From assembly GCA_977017645.1 (NCBI GenBank), contig OZ360239.1:29574001-29638000 (forward strand): 64,000 nt of DNA. Reading direction: 5' to 3'. Below, one piece after another: positions 51,701 through 64,000 of this stretch. Both the position numbers and the translations under genes were made by a program. The stretch is from Torpedo marmorata. Taxonomy: Eukaryota. Position 1 is the first letter of the stretch; every line of letters begins with the position of its first letter. The notes under the pieces are model-generated. The model was not told the origin of the DNA and ran no database searches. It saw nothing but the letters and a program-made list of their open reading frames with translations.

Positions 51701-53314
51701 ACAAAGCTGAACAATTTATTAATGCAGTTGAAAAGAATTATTCAGAATACTGTACCAAAACTGGAACTTTCTTGCCAGCTCATTTTATTTTGTTTTCTAT
51801 GCCAAGGTGCCATATTAAATACAGCAAATGGTAGGCTCTGCTGATCAAAATTAATACTTTGATAATTAATAGCTTTGACCTTGAATTTACATACGACTTA
51901 CAAGCTAATATTAACAAGTACTAGTTTCATATCAACATAAACTGGATGAAAGTACCACAAAATTGATTGCAAACAAAATCCCACGACAATTCTCTTGAAA
52001 AAAACATTTATCGCTTCAACAAATTTTGTAATAAAGCAAAGCAAAATGTATAAATTTTGATTGAGCTATATACAGTATGGTGAAAGATAGATATTTTTAT
52101 AAAATGTCATGACAAAATAATTAGAAACCCAATGAAAATACAATTTGTTATTTGTTGTTTCCAAGGTATAAATCATGAAAAATGTGAAGTGTACTGATAA
52201 AAACAGCAAAAGAATCACAGCTAATATAAAGCACCTCTGTTCTTAAAATATTCTGTTCTGATCTAGAGGCAGCAAAAGACAGTACAGCTTTTGGGTTGTC
52301 TATCTATTTTGACCCACCCAAGTTTCTCCCCAACATTCAATTCTTCCTCCTGAAAGACTGCATTGACCACTGCATATTCCCTGTTAACTAGACAAAGTCT
52401 GCACTATTCTAACACTGGTTTCTTTGTAAGCATATAGAAAATGACCTACTGACACTACACAAAGATAGTAATTATTGAATTACACAGTCTGTCATTGTCG
52501 TTTTTGTCACACCTCTAACAGGTGCCATTAACAGAACTGCCAAATTATAATAATCTTTTCAAGCCCTCTGTGGTCCCAATAATGCCTTTTTCCTGCCCAC
52601 ATAATCAATGTGTGAACAGCAAGCCATTTATATTGTTACTAAATATAGTGAACTGAAAGCTTTGACTTGTAGCTTGTTAAGATTGAAGAGCATTTACTAT
52701 AACATTTACCATAAAAATGGTTTACAGCGCAGGATAATAACATACATTACAAAGCACTTAATATCAATAGTAAGAGATGGAAACATGAACATCAGTTGCA
52801 CTTATTTCTAATATAAAATAGCTCATAATTCATTTTATGGAAGTGCATTACATTGTGTAGCATGTTTTTTAGTCAGAAGGAATTCTTATTTCATTTCAGA
52901 TTTTCTAGGTGCAGGTATCAAAAGATGTAAATATACAACAATAGAATTTATTATTTTAGGCTATTTTCAAAAAATTTAATTAAACCAGTTATAAATCAAT
53001 TATAATAATCAGAAAACAGTATTTAAATTCCATAAGAGATAAAAATATGCTCAAGGACTTTAGTTCTTCACATCTTATGCATATTTGCATTTACCAAATT
53101 AAAATTACAGTGCATTTTTGCATTTACCATGTTAAAATTACAGTGCAATGGCACTTAATTTACATACTTCTTTAAAGTGTATTAAGTTTACTTTATTTCA
53201 ACATCTAATTTCATTTTAATACATCATGATCATATAAATGATATGCTTCTTATACAATTACTGTAGAAACGTGAATATGTGTACACATTCTTATAAATGA
53301 ATGAATGTAAACAT

Positions 53315-54092
53315 TCATAGCAGAACGACCAGTTTGGAGCTCGGATGGACGGGAGTTGGGACCCCTTCCACGCAGGTACTCACGGAGAGCTGCGGCTGAG
53401 AGGACTGGAGAACGTTGCGGAGACCAACGGAGGAGTACGATGGCGAGGTCGGCCGGGGCGGACGACGGGACTACCGGTCAAAGCGGGCACTTTGGAGTGA
53501 GGTGTTGGAGGGAGACGGCGGAGTTGTTGGCTCTCCCCTTCTGGACAATGGCGCAGGGACTCTGAACTCTGGGGTTAAATGGACTGGGTGGCGAGTCTGT
53601 GCTGAAAGTAGTGGACATTTAACATTTTGCCTACTACTATGTTGTTGCGGTATCGAGGCTATTGTCTGGTCCTACTGATTGCTGTATTGTAATCACTGTG
53701 CAGTAACGAGGGGGGTTATTTGTGAATTTGGTGTCTTTTGTGAATTTTGTGTTGTTCAGTGTGTCCTTACTGCAAGCGTGCTTATGATGGCGGCACGTAG
53801 ATCGCGGCGGCTTTTTGGGCGGTTAAGTGGTTTGGACTTGTTTATATGTTTTGTCTGGTGTTCATGCTTGCTGCTTGCTTGTTTGGGATGGCGGCGCGTT
53901 AAATCCGCAGCAGCTTCCTTGATAGGCTAAGTGGCGTGCAGGGGCTGTCTTGGTCAGTCTTGTTTTGTCTTGTCTGTCAGAGGCATTGTCTTGGCCTTGC
54001 CTTGTGATTTATGGGCACTGTTCAGAGAATCTTCTTTTTGTTTTATGCTATGTAATGTAGTGTGAAATGACAATAAATTGATTCTGATTCTG
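53315..54092 (+). mobile_element. Non-autonomous CpG-rich retroposon with a Rex1/Babar-type tail
   Basis: Sharp GC/CpG island ending tgacaataaattg(attctg)n; 6-bp aaacat flanks at 53309-53314 and 54093-54098; no RT or EN motif. Confidence 0.7.
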
Positions 54093-56919
54093 AAACATGT
54101 ACTATCTAGTTCATGACATATACAACATTCTTAATTTAGCCTGTTACTACACTATTTATGTTCAGAATGTTGTTCATTTGAATTTTCCTCTGCAAACATG
54201 ACTCTATGATGACTCCCGAGAAAATATAATTTCATTTTCCTGTTTGGATAAAGATGACGTGAGGTAGGTGTGAAAAATGACAGAAGAAATTTCATAAACA
54301 AAAATAAGATTTTCATTTTATTTCCCTTCAGTGGATAAAACAGCAAACTATATGGCCTACTGTTCTTAATTATATTTGCTATGTCCAGTTTTTAAAAATG
54401 AATAATGTTTTGTTCATAGCTTATAATAAATAATGTGACTGCTTCTGTTGATAAAAACACATTGAAAGCAGTATAATTTGGTATAAGGAAAGACATAATA
54501 GGCTGGTGATCTCGGTTTTAATAGTATTATTATTCGTGCAATTGTTAGGACAATTTATTTTTTCTGAAACCATCAGTAAGTTTTTTCTTCAAAAATCTAG
54601 GCAAATTTCAAAAACACAATCAAAGAGACAATTATTTATCTGCACTGTTTGAAGAGCTAATGTGGCATTTAATACATTTGCCATAATATGAATTGGAAAC
54701 AATAATCAGTTCCTTGTCTTTCAGTCAAAATAAGTTATTTAAAATATCAACTTAAACACACACTTTGGGGTCTTTTGAGATCTGAATTCTCAAAAATATT
54801 TATACTAAGTATATGTATGCTATAAAATTAAGATTGAGCAAGATAAACTTTACAACTTTTCTTCTCATATCTGTTAACACAAATCAGTCACAGAACAGTT
54901 GATAAAGGTAGCACTTTTTATATTAGATTACAACTGAAGTACTAACAGTGGCTTTCATTTTGTCTGCTCCAGATTTTTATATGTTTAAGGTTTCGAGATT
55001 ACTAGTAAATTAACATAACGCTACTGAATTGAGCACTAGTCAAGCAAAAAGGACGGTAGAGAAAGAACTGAAATTTACAAACAGCTCAAGAGCACAGCCT
55101 ATCTGTGTTACCTTATCTATGTCATTTTAAATCAAACTTTGACAAACTGAATTCATCAGAATTTTGATCCAAATAATATTCATCATGGATTCTGAATACT
55201 GCAATTTACCAACAAATTATGATTATTAATCTTCACAATAAATAAACCAAATATTTTTTTCTGAGTTGAACATGTTTTACATCCATAATTTATCAATGAC
55301 AGTTCCTTCATCAGAACGTCACCTCTTAACAAATCTGTCAATTCTTCGAAGTTCAACAAAAGCAACTTCCTGAATTCCACTTCTGTCCTTTGTTTTCCAC
55401 TTCCTTTTGCAGACCATATTAAGCAGAATTTAAACTACGCTTGGAGTGTCACAGAACAGTCACCACATCTGTTGTTTTCCTAGTGCTCAGCAAATGGAAT
55501 TATTTCAATGCATTTTGTACAACTTAGAAATAAAAGACACCAAAGCACTCAATTGATTCCTATCATTCTAATATATCTGTGCAATAGTTAAATAAAACAT
55601 TTTCCAAATAATGCCCAGTAAACACAAATAAAATATATTGTTTGCAAAACATTGCAATTATTTGAAATAATTACACATGCCTGAAAGTTCTAGATTGTGT
55701 CTTAATTCTCAAGTCTGTCAACTGTATTTGATTGCTTATTAACTGCAAACATTATTAACTACCGGTATTTCTTTCTGATTAAAGTTTGTGTTTTCTGAAA
55801 ATATATTTGTCTCTGCAATAATCATTTTCAAGATTATTTTCACTCTACTTCAAGAATTTGATCCCACATTATTAAGGTGCAGAAGTATAAAGCATCAGCA
55901 AAAACTTAGTCCTCAGATCAATCTTGAATTCCAATGAAATCCCACAACAGTTAATAGAAAGAACAAATGCATAACCAGGTGCTGCTAGATATTTTGCCAC
56001 AAGAATATCTTGCAATATATTTAATTTTATAAATATATGCAAATATTTGTCCTTTAAGAGGAAAAAGTGAAGATTGGGTTGGTGAAGGATGGACATTCAA
56101 CCAACTATCATAATAGTTCAAACAGCACAGACAAACCATTGGATCAGAAAGTTTTCAGATGTCAATTAAGTTATTTAACAAACTTACTCAATGAGCAGAT
56201 TCTCAACAAGAAATTATAGGGATATCATGTTGATATTAACCAAGATATTATTGCATTTAAAATTCAATTAAGGTCCTTTGTATAGATAAACAAAACTTGT
56301 GCCCTGCATTTTAAAAGTTAGCACTTAATCTCATTTTGAAGCATTGGATTACGAGATTTCATTGTTTACTAGCTCCAGTTGAAAATATACTAGCAGAGAC
56401 TAAAAGTAAATTTCACTTTATTGTAATCTGAGTATTTAAAATAAGCTCATACTCTTAACTTTATTTTATCTGGAAATTTTTGTGTTTTCTGAAAATATAC
56501 TTAATTCTGTAATGAATAGCATTTTAAAGCACTCTGTTCTTATCATGTGTCAAAAATTAGCAAAACAAAATTTAAATAGCGATGAGTAGAGAATGTGTGT
56601 GTAAAAAAAAATGCTTTTTAGCATCTTTAAAATGCACATATATTTTATTCATCTTTATTCTTCTGTTATGAAATACATCAACTTGGAAGAGCATTGCACT
56701 CCAGTAAAAACATTATTTCATTGAAGAGGTGTGTAAATCAGTAGATTTTTAAACTGCAAACATTATTTAAAAAGTACAGAATATTTGGAACACAATATCT
56801 TAACACTAAGTAATCTTTTCAGATGTTAAATAAACCATTTCCCCACAAAAGTACTAAAACCTTAAATAATTGAAACATTAATAAATAAACATTCTTATAA
56901 AACAGAAATGCACTTTTTT

Positions 56920-57750
56920 GGGGGTAATAAATGATGCTGAATTGTCACAAGGCCTGGTGACATCTGTTTTCTCTAATTACCAATACTCTTCTCTTTTTGA
57001 GGAGTTTTTCCAAAGAAAACCGAAAACAAACTATTGAATTCTCTTAAAGCCCTGTTCTCTTTTAGACAGTCTGTTGGCCATATCATGGTGAAGATCATTG
57101 CATGTTGAGCTGACCATTGTGTAGATTGTGTGCTTTGTCTGAGGGATAATTTGGGGTTTGGGCCTTAGCTACCGTAGTTCAAGCGTAAAATACTCTGCCA
57201 TCACACCGTATACTGTTGCCAACGACCCTCTAAATCCTTGAACCGACGGTGTCCTTTAGTGTCACAACAAATAATGCTGATTTTTTACAATGTGCAAGTT
57301 TCTACTGATTAAAATAAGCCACAAGCACGTGGTATTGGAATTAGCACATTTAGAAGCCTGTTTCCCACATCCTATTTTGCGCTAGTGCGGCTGATCCCTG
57401 CAATTCTACGCGGGTGCAATTTTAATGACTGCTATGTTTTTGATGTTTCGATGAAAACGCTGCTAGGTGTTTGTGGCAGCACTAGATACCGAGCCTGAAT
57501 TGCTGTGATTGGAACACTGTGACACTAGCTCTGTTTACGATATCATCGGTGTCATTTTCCTTTTAACGATAAGACACTTCCCTGACAAGGCTCGATTAGG
57601 GAAAAAATTATTATTACATTCACTTTTTTCCGACAGAATAGCGAGATAAACAGGAGAGAGCCTTAGGGGAGAAAAAAGGTGAAGATACCAGAAAAGCAAA
57701 TAAAAAAAAATCTTTGCTGCTGTCAAACTATTTAATTAACAGGAACATAT
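56920..57750. promoter_or_regulatory. Candidate conserved non-coding element (enhancer)
   Basis: Unique, CpG-retaining island in AT-rich TE-free DNA; E-box CACGTG at ~57327 and homeodomain TAAT/TGATTA motifs. Confidence 0.4.
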
Positions 57751-58739
57751 CTTGAATATTATATTCATCTTCACTAATATAGATTTATTTGACTTTTATT
57801 GCTACTAAATTCCTGATTTTGTGATGTTGTATTTTCGGTATATTTGGCTTTGATTAAATTACCTTTGTACTATGCATATTTCACAAAGTAGTGTGAAATA
57901 TTCTTTATCATACAGCATTACCAGATGCAAGATAACTTCACTCAATGCTGATTTTGCAAAAGAATAAAAAATGATTAAGTAGTTAACAAGACACGGCACT
58001 TTCTTCAAACACTCCAGCTTCTTTGCTAATGATTGGGAAGCTGTGAGTGAGCCAAAATACACAATATATGCCACTCAAAAAGGCTAAATGTATATTGGTG
58101 TCATTATTCATTCTATAGGGAGTTCCAGATTCATGGAAATAAAATAATTAAGTCATTTTACACCTAAATAAATGAAGTAAATGCTATCAACTTTATGGAA
58201 TTCTTGCAGCAGGTATTAAACACTTTGAATGTATTATATTAAAAGGAGACTGAAAATTAGGTCAATTTCATCCCAACTGCAGGTTATTTTCAGCAATGCT
58301 TGATTAAAATCATTGGGTGGTGCTAATTGTTTATCCATGACAATTATTGCAAGAACAACCAGGTTAGACTCTCCAGTTTTACTTCTGTTGACTAAAACAT
58401 CCATAGTGAAGTTACCAGAGGCTAGAGAGAGATCAGAGTGCGATGGTTACAGGAGTACTTGAATACCCATCGTCTGGCACAGCAAGATCTCAAAGTATCC
58501 AATAGGCTTCAAAGAGAACCGATTATTTTTTTCCAAGACCCTCTGCTCTCCAGTGAAGCTGTAACCATGATTTTTTCTGCCTAATGCCACAGAAAAAAAA
58601 TCAAAACAAGCTAAACAAATTGATGTACTCTTTAATATAGTCAGTGCATCATCATAGGATCTTGTGTCTCGCTTGATGACAAGTTGAGCTCTGTGTACCA
58701 TACATCTATCACTTTGTTGGCAACTTCAATGCTTCAGGA

Positions 58740-58900
58740 GGAAAAAAAGGCTCTCAATTGAGATATTGGCACCTTTGATTGACGTAGCCTAATCAGCTTA
58801 TCTGCACATTAATAAAGCTGATGGCCTGCAGTGTTGGTCTTGTACCCAAGCTCAATGATTTTACAGGAGCAAAAGCCTCTAGGGCTAGTCTAATGGTACC
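58740..58900. promoter_or_regulatory. Candidate enhancer block
   Basis: TGATTGAC (PBX-type) at ~58776, TAATCA, AATAAA and TGATTTTAC clustered in unique sequence. Confidence 0.3.
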
Positions 58901-59689
58901 AGAAGCCATTTACTGCTGAATCCTTCCAGAAATAGCAAAGCACAGCAGCAAAATGGATGAAATGTGAAAATCTTCCCAATTGTTTAGAGAGATTTTTTTT
59001 ATTTCCAATTGTTAAAATTTTCTTATGCTTGGAACACAAAATGCCCCATTTAACTGTCCAGACTTGCATACAAATATTTATTCCATCGAAACTATTTTCA
59101 TTAACTTGCAACAGCATTTCACACCAGTACTAAGTAACTATGCAGAGAAATATAAACTATTGCCCGAGGTTCCAATGAATGATACAAATGGAACAGATCA
59201 CAAGGATATACTGTATCTGCTTTGGTATCGCCAGAATCTGGTTACTTCATACCAGATTCCTGCATTTCTTTAAAAAAAAGTCCCTTCAAAATAAAAACAT
59301 CAGTATGGAATACACAAACCAAACATACTGCACCACGAACATTTATTTCAATTATGCTATTGTCTGTACTTCATTAGTAACCTCAGCACTCAAACTACAA
59401 ACGATTTGTGAATTTAACTATGAAATGCAGTTCTACTAGTGCAATATTCTACAATGGTTGTACTGTTCTGAATGATTATTTAACTTTTTAAAAATGTAAT
59501 ATTCCCTACTTGTAAAAATCAAAAATCACACCAAAAGAGGAAAGCATTTGTAATTTTATGGTTGTCCGTCTTGACGGCTTCTATTCATGCTTAATTAATG
59601 CACAGGTGTGATTAGATTAAGACTTTTGTTAAATGCTTAATTTAAATAATACAATGCTGCAATGTTGCAAAAGTTATTACAATATTTTA

Positions 59690-60500
59690 TTCTTTTCATT
59701 TACTCTATCTTCCACTGTCTCTGGCATTCCTACTCCATCTATCTTTTGGCCCCTCCGACTTTTCCAAATAATTCTCTTTGCCAGTATAATCCAACCACAG
59801 TGCCTATTTCTACATCAACAGCTCCAACACCTCTTTTGATGACCCAACCTTCTATGAATTATCCATTGGCTTGTATAATTGACATCCATGGTTGACTGAG
59901 TAGCAATTTCGACCAAATGAATATTGAGAAGATGTAAACCTTTGGTCTTTTCACAAACTTTGTCACCTACCCTTCTCTCTGGCCTCTTTTTGAGGATAAA
60001 AGTATGCAGTTTTCAACCTTGGAGTCATTTGTGACTCTGAATTGCCCATTAGGCTAAATATCTGTTCATAACATTGTCTGATTCAACTCTTGTCTCATTT
60101 TCTACTGAAACTGTCATCTATGTCTTTGTTACTTCTTCATCACTATTTCAATGCACACCTGATTTACCGACTTCATTCTACCTTCAGTGGAGTAGAGATC
60201 ATCTGCAACATCAATATAAATATCCCAAATCCAGTCTCTGATCATTTGTTGAACTACACTGGCTCCCAGTTAATCAGTGCCTACGTTTCAAAATAATCAT
60301 CCTTGATTTCAAATATCTATCTAACCTCATCCCACCTTCGTTCTGCTATGCTCTCTCATCCTATAACTCTGAGATTTACCTCCACTCCTCCAAATCCACT
60401 GTTAATCATTCCAAAATTTAGCTGCACCTTTATAGTTGCAGTACTTTCAGCTACTGAGGCATTCATTTCTGGAATTTCATTCTACATCTTTGGAGCGCCT
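59690..60500 (+). mobile_element. Very old L2/CR1-like LINE relic
   Basis: C/T-rich strand bias and L2-like remnants (gacatccatggttgactgag..., aaccttggagtcatttgtgactctga). Confidence 0.35.
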
Positions 60501-62645
60501 TCCTCATCATTATATGACATATCCCTATGGGAAAACTAATCTCTGGTCAAGAACAGAACACTCTCCCATTGACTAAAATATACACTACAAGCTATCCTTT
60601 CACAATAAAAAAGGTCTAATCGCAAATGCCTTTGATACAGATGTCTTCAAGCTTCTTTCTGATACAATTTATATCACTTATAAATTTCAAACAATAGGTG
60701 TTAAAAACAAGCAAAAAAAACAACACACATTAGTTAGCATGCAACTAATATTAGTTGAATCAATAAATGTTGCACTCTACCCAAAAAATAGAAAATTATT
60801 TTATCCCAAATAACGGCAGAGAAATTCATGACTGTATATCACTCTCAACATTCTGAAATGATCAAAACCCCTCAACTCAACTGCAGCATTTTATCGGACC
60901 ATAAGCCATCTATTAACCTATATACAGAAGTGTCACATCTCTCTGAAGCAGGGTGGTTGATTTCTCAGTAAAACTAACTGCTTATTATCCAAGGTTTGGA
61001 ATAATGAATACTCGTAAAACTCTGTCAACTAGTCACAAAACACAGCTACACAAAAAAAAGCAGTGAACCCACTGACAACTGCTATCTGAAGATGCAAACT
61101 TCAGCAGGAAATGTCTAAAAGCTCCAAATATGTTGGAAAAAAGTCTTGTTTTATACCTTAGAGCCATTGAAAGCTTTAAAAAAATAATTCTGTAAAAATC
61201 TTACTGGAAACAAGAATTTGCTTTCCCTGTTCTAAAACACTAACAAGAGCTATTTCAGCTTAATTGAGATATTGATAAAGATTGCTATTGATTTTTGGTG
61301 CATTTAACCATGAAAACTTGGTGTTAGATCAAGTGCTTTTTATTCCCCTTACCAATATATTTTCCTTTGTCTCCTTTGCTGAGTTGCATCTCTGGAGATG
61401 CCCCATTCATCAATATTTTGTCAAATGCCCAAATGGCCATCATGAAAGCTTTGGCAAATGTCAGTCTGCGATTCTACTACAAGGATATCTACGCTGAGCC
61501 TAATGTTGTCAACAAACACAAAGTTCCAACAGAGCTATTGGATAGCAATCAGAAGCAGGAATTCTGTCTGATTTTTACCTTCCAGAGACCTAATAAGGAA
61601 TCCCCATTGATGAGATTTACTAATGCAGTACAATGTAGGGATTATTCACATTTTCATTCTGGTAGATATATCTCAGCAATATGTTTGACTACATATGGTT
61701 GTCACCAAATATACTCCGCACAATGCCAAAACAGAAAGTCACAATAGTTGCTAATTAGAACTAGAGTTTTATATTTAACAAAATTAAGTACCATTAGGTA
61801 TTTTGCTCTTATGCATTTTTATTTACATTAGTAGCATGTGAAAAAAATCATCCTGTTTGATCTTAATTTATTTTAACTGAATTGTCCATAATACATTTTT
61901 GCTCAAGAGCTGTAGTTTGCTTTTTATCTAGAATGATCCACAAAAGGTTTACACATATTTTAAGCTAAATCTGCAATCATTCTCCTGGTGTCTTACTTAG
62001 TCTCTGAATGGGCAATAACCTGTTTCTTTGTTCTCTCATTTAAAGTCTCTCTGACAAAGGTTCTTTTGGCTGTACCTCCTTCCTGTTAAGATTTCTATGT
62101 ACAACTTCCTCCAATGTCTATGAGCTTATTCTGCCCCAATATTTTGCTATTGCTACTTTTTAGTCTCTTACCTGTTTTTCCCCCTTACTACTCTTAGTAC
62201 CATGCATTCCATGTTCATATTTGTTTAATTTTGCCTTTCCCAACATGGGACTTCCCATATCTCCTTTGCTGTAGTGAATTTGAAGCCTGATTTTGCTTCC
62301 TGAACACTTTTGGGTGTATTTTATAGATTTTGGGCTGCTGATCACGAGAGTCGCCTTAAAATTATCCTATCACGCACCGTTTTGTAGATATAACCTATTT
62401 TGTGATTTCCTGTCATACTTTAAGTCTACTAGTGTATTGCCCACAAAGCAAACGGTTTTGGTCAGTTCAAGTGCAGGTGCTATGCAAATATTGTCTTAGA
62501 CCTGGGCATGCTTAGTGCATCTGTACATATGAGCTGCTTTTATAGTATAAAAGTAACTCACATATACAGATGCTGCGCATTACATTGATATAGATAGAAC
62601 GCATGTTGATGCACATGTTCTTCAGGCAATAGCATAGTGAGTGTA

Positions 62646-62924
62646 CAGGCAGTCCCTGGGTTACGAACGTCTGGGTTACGAACAACTGGTACTTACGAAC
62701 GGGCTGATCCCCAATTCGCGCGTGTGCATAAATGCGCATTATGCCCCAATTCGTGCATGCGCATAATGTGCATTATGTCCCAATTCGTGCATGCGCATAA
62801 TGCGCATGATGTTACCTCACGAACGCTAAATAAGAACCATAAGTACCTGTTCCGCCTTACGTACAAATTTGACTTCTGGACAGACCCAGGTAATGGAACT
62901 CGTTCGTAACCTGGGGAGTGCCTG
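62646..62924. mobile_element. Tc1/mariner (Tigger/pogo-like) MITE
   Basis: 24-bp TIRs caggcagtccctgggttacgaacg / cgttcgtaacctggggagtgcctg (3 mismatches); TA TSD at 62644-45 and 62925-26. Confidence 0.9.
62709..62812. repeat. Three ~34-bp palindrome-rich tandem repeats inside the MITE
   Basis: cccaattcgtgcatgcgcataatgcgcattatg-like unit, three copies. Confidence 0.85.
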
Positions 62925-64000
62925 TACTTAACAATAGCATTTATTGTCTTCAGGAAGATTCAATGCAGCAGAAATGTCTCGTCAATGCAACAGCTGTGAT
63001 ACATTCTGTTATAATTGTAGCGAGTATATGCTTAATGCGAAATTCAATAAAAGTTAATTTAAAATTTCTCCAATTTCCTACATGATACAGCAAATATGAA
63101 ATTATCTTTGTGTTCAACTTGAAGTTGTCTATCATAATCCCCAATTTTTTTTTTAGGAATCAAACCTTTTGAAAAAATTTGTTATCCAGTGTTATGAGTA
63201 CAGTGCTGCAAAATCATCCCACCTGACTCCAAGCTTGAAGCATACAATTTTGTAGCTTCCCTTCAAAAAAAATGCTATAAATAAAAAGAATACAAATAAA
63301 ACTACATTATTTCTCAAAAGCCTAATTGTAAAGTGATGAATAAATTGCTCACTTGTATATGCCTATAAAATATAAATCACCTTCTATTTTCAGCACTTAG
63401 TTAATGCAATTTACTTTGATATTATCTTTTACATCATCTTTTCTTCATTAATGTATGTGCAGAGAAATGCAAGTTTTTCATCCAATAAGTAGAACAAAAA
63501 AATTAGGATTAAAAATATGGTAATTTTAAAAGAAATTTTATATTCTGCATGGAATTTTTGTTTCTGCAAATACTTTGTAATTAATAAGTAAAATATTTCA
63601 CTATACATACATCACATATTATTTCAATAAACATATTAGAGACAAACTCCTGAACCCCATGCCAATTTATAAGCTAGATTTATAGATGTTGTCTTTCCAT
63701 GTGCCTCACCACTGAAGTATACCAGAAATGTCATGTGTCATGACCACTATTGCACATAACGCAGATAATTTGCTTCCTCTCAAAATCCTTACCAGTTTCA
63801 ACGGTCAGTTGATATCCAGCCTCCAGTCTCCGTGTTGACCTTTCCAACCGCTCTGTATTATCCAACAGACATGCTCTCTGAAACAAAATTGTAGATGATT
63901 ATAGACAACACTTAAGCATGAGGTACAATTATATTTAATTTTATAGTTAAGGAACCATAAAGGGAAAATTGCTAAATTTTGGAATCAGGCTGTGTATCAT

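Noticed and set aside
62709-62812. CRISPR-like repeat array
   Set aside because: Contiguous tandem units without spacers, inside a eukaryotic MITE.
49023-63144. Short ORFs in the AT-rich right part as coding exons
   Set aside because: Low-complexity translations with no recognisable domains and no consistent splice structure.

Overview
Vertebrate nuclear DNA, most likely a cartilaginous fish (ray or shark), judged from HE1/V-SINE-type SINEs, CR1, Rex1/Babar, L1, Penelope-like and Gypsy elements. About 1-48.8 kb is dominated by retroelements, many nested up to three layers deep with readable target-site duplications (TSDs). They include a 5'-truncated Rex1/Babar LINE whose EN-RT frame appears uninterrupted, at least three L1 families (several with twin-priming 5' inversions), a two-LTR Mag-lineage Gypsy provirus (tRNA-Ser PBS, 5-bp TSD) and Penelope relics with hammerhead-like cores. 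About 48.8-64 kb is AT-rich and nearly transposon-free, with several enhancer-like blocks, one non-autonomous LINE-tailed element and a Tigger-like MITE. Candidate host features are an unidentified terminal coding exon (5301-5525, +) and a cleanly spliced non-coding exon (26723-27005, -). The most notable observations concern L1 biology: a TC|A(A/G) target preference, frequent twin priming, and probable L1-in-L1 3' transduction. No host gene could be named, and there is no CRISPR, rRNA or tRNA gene. Family assignments come from motif recognition by eye, not database searches.
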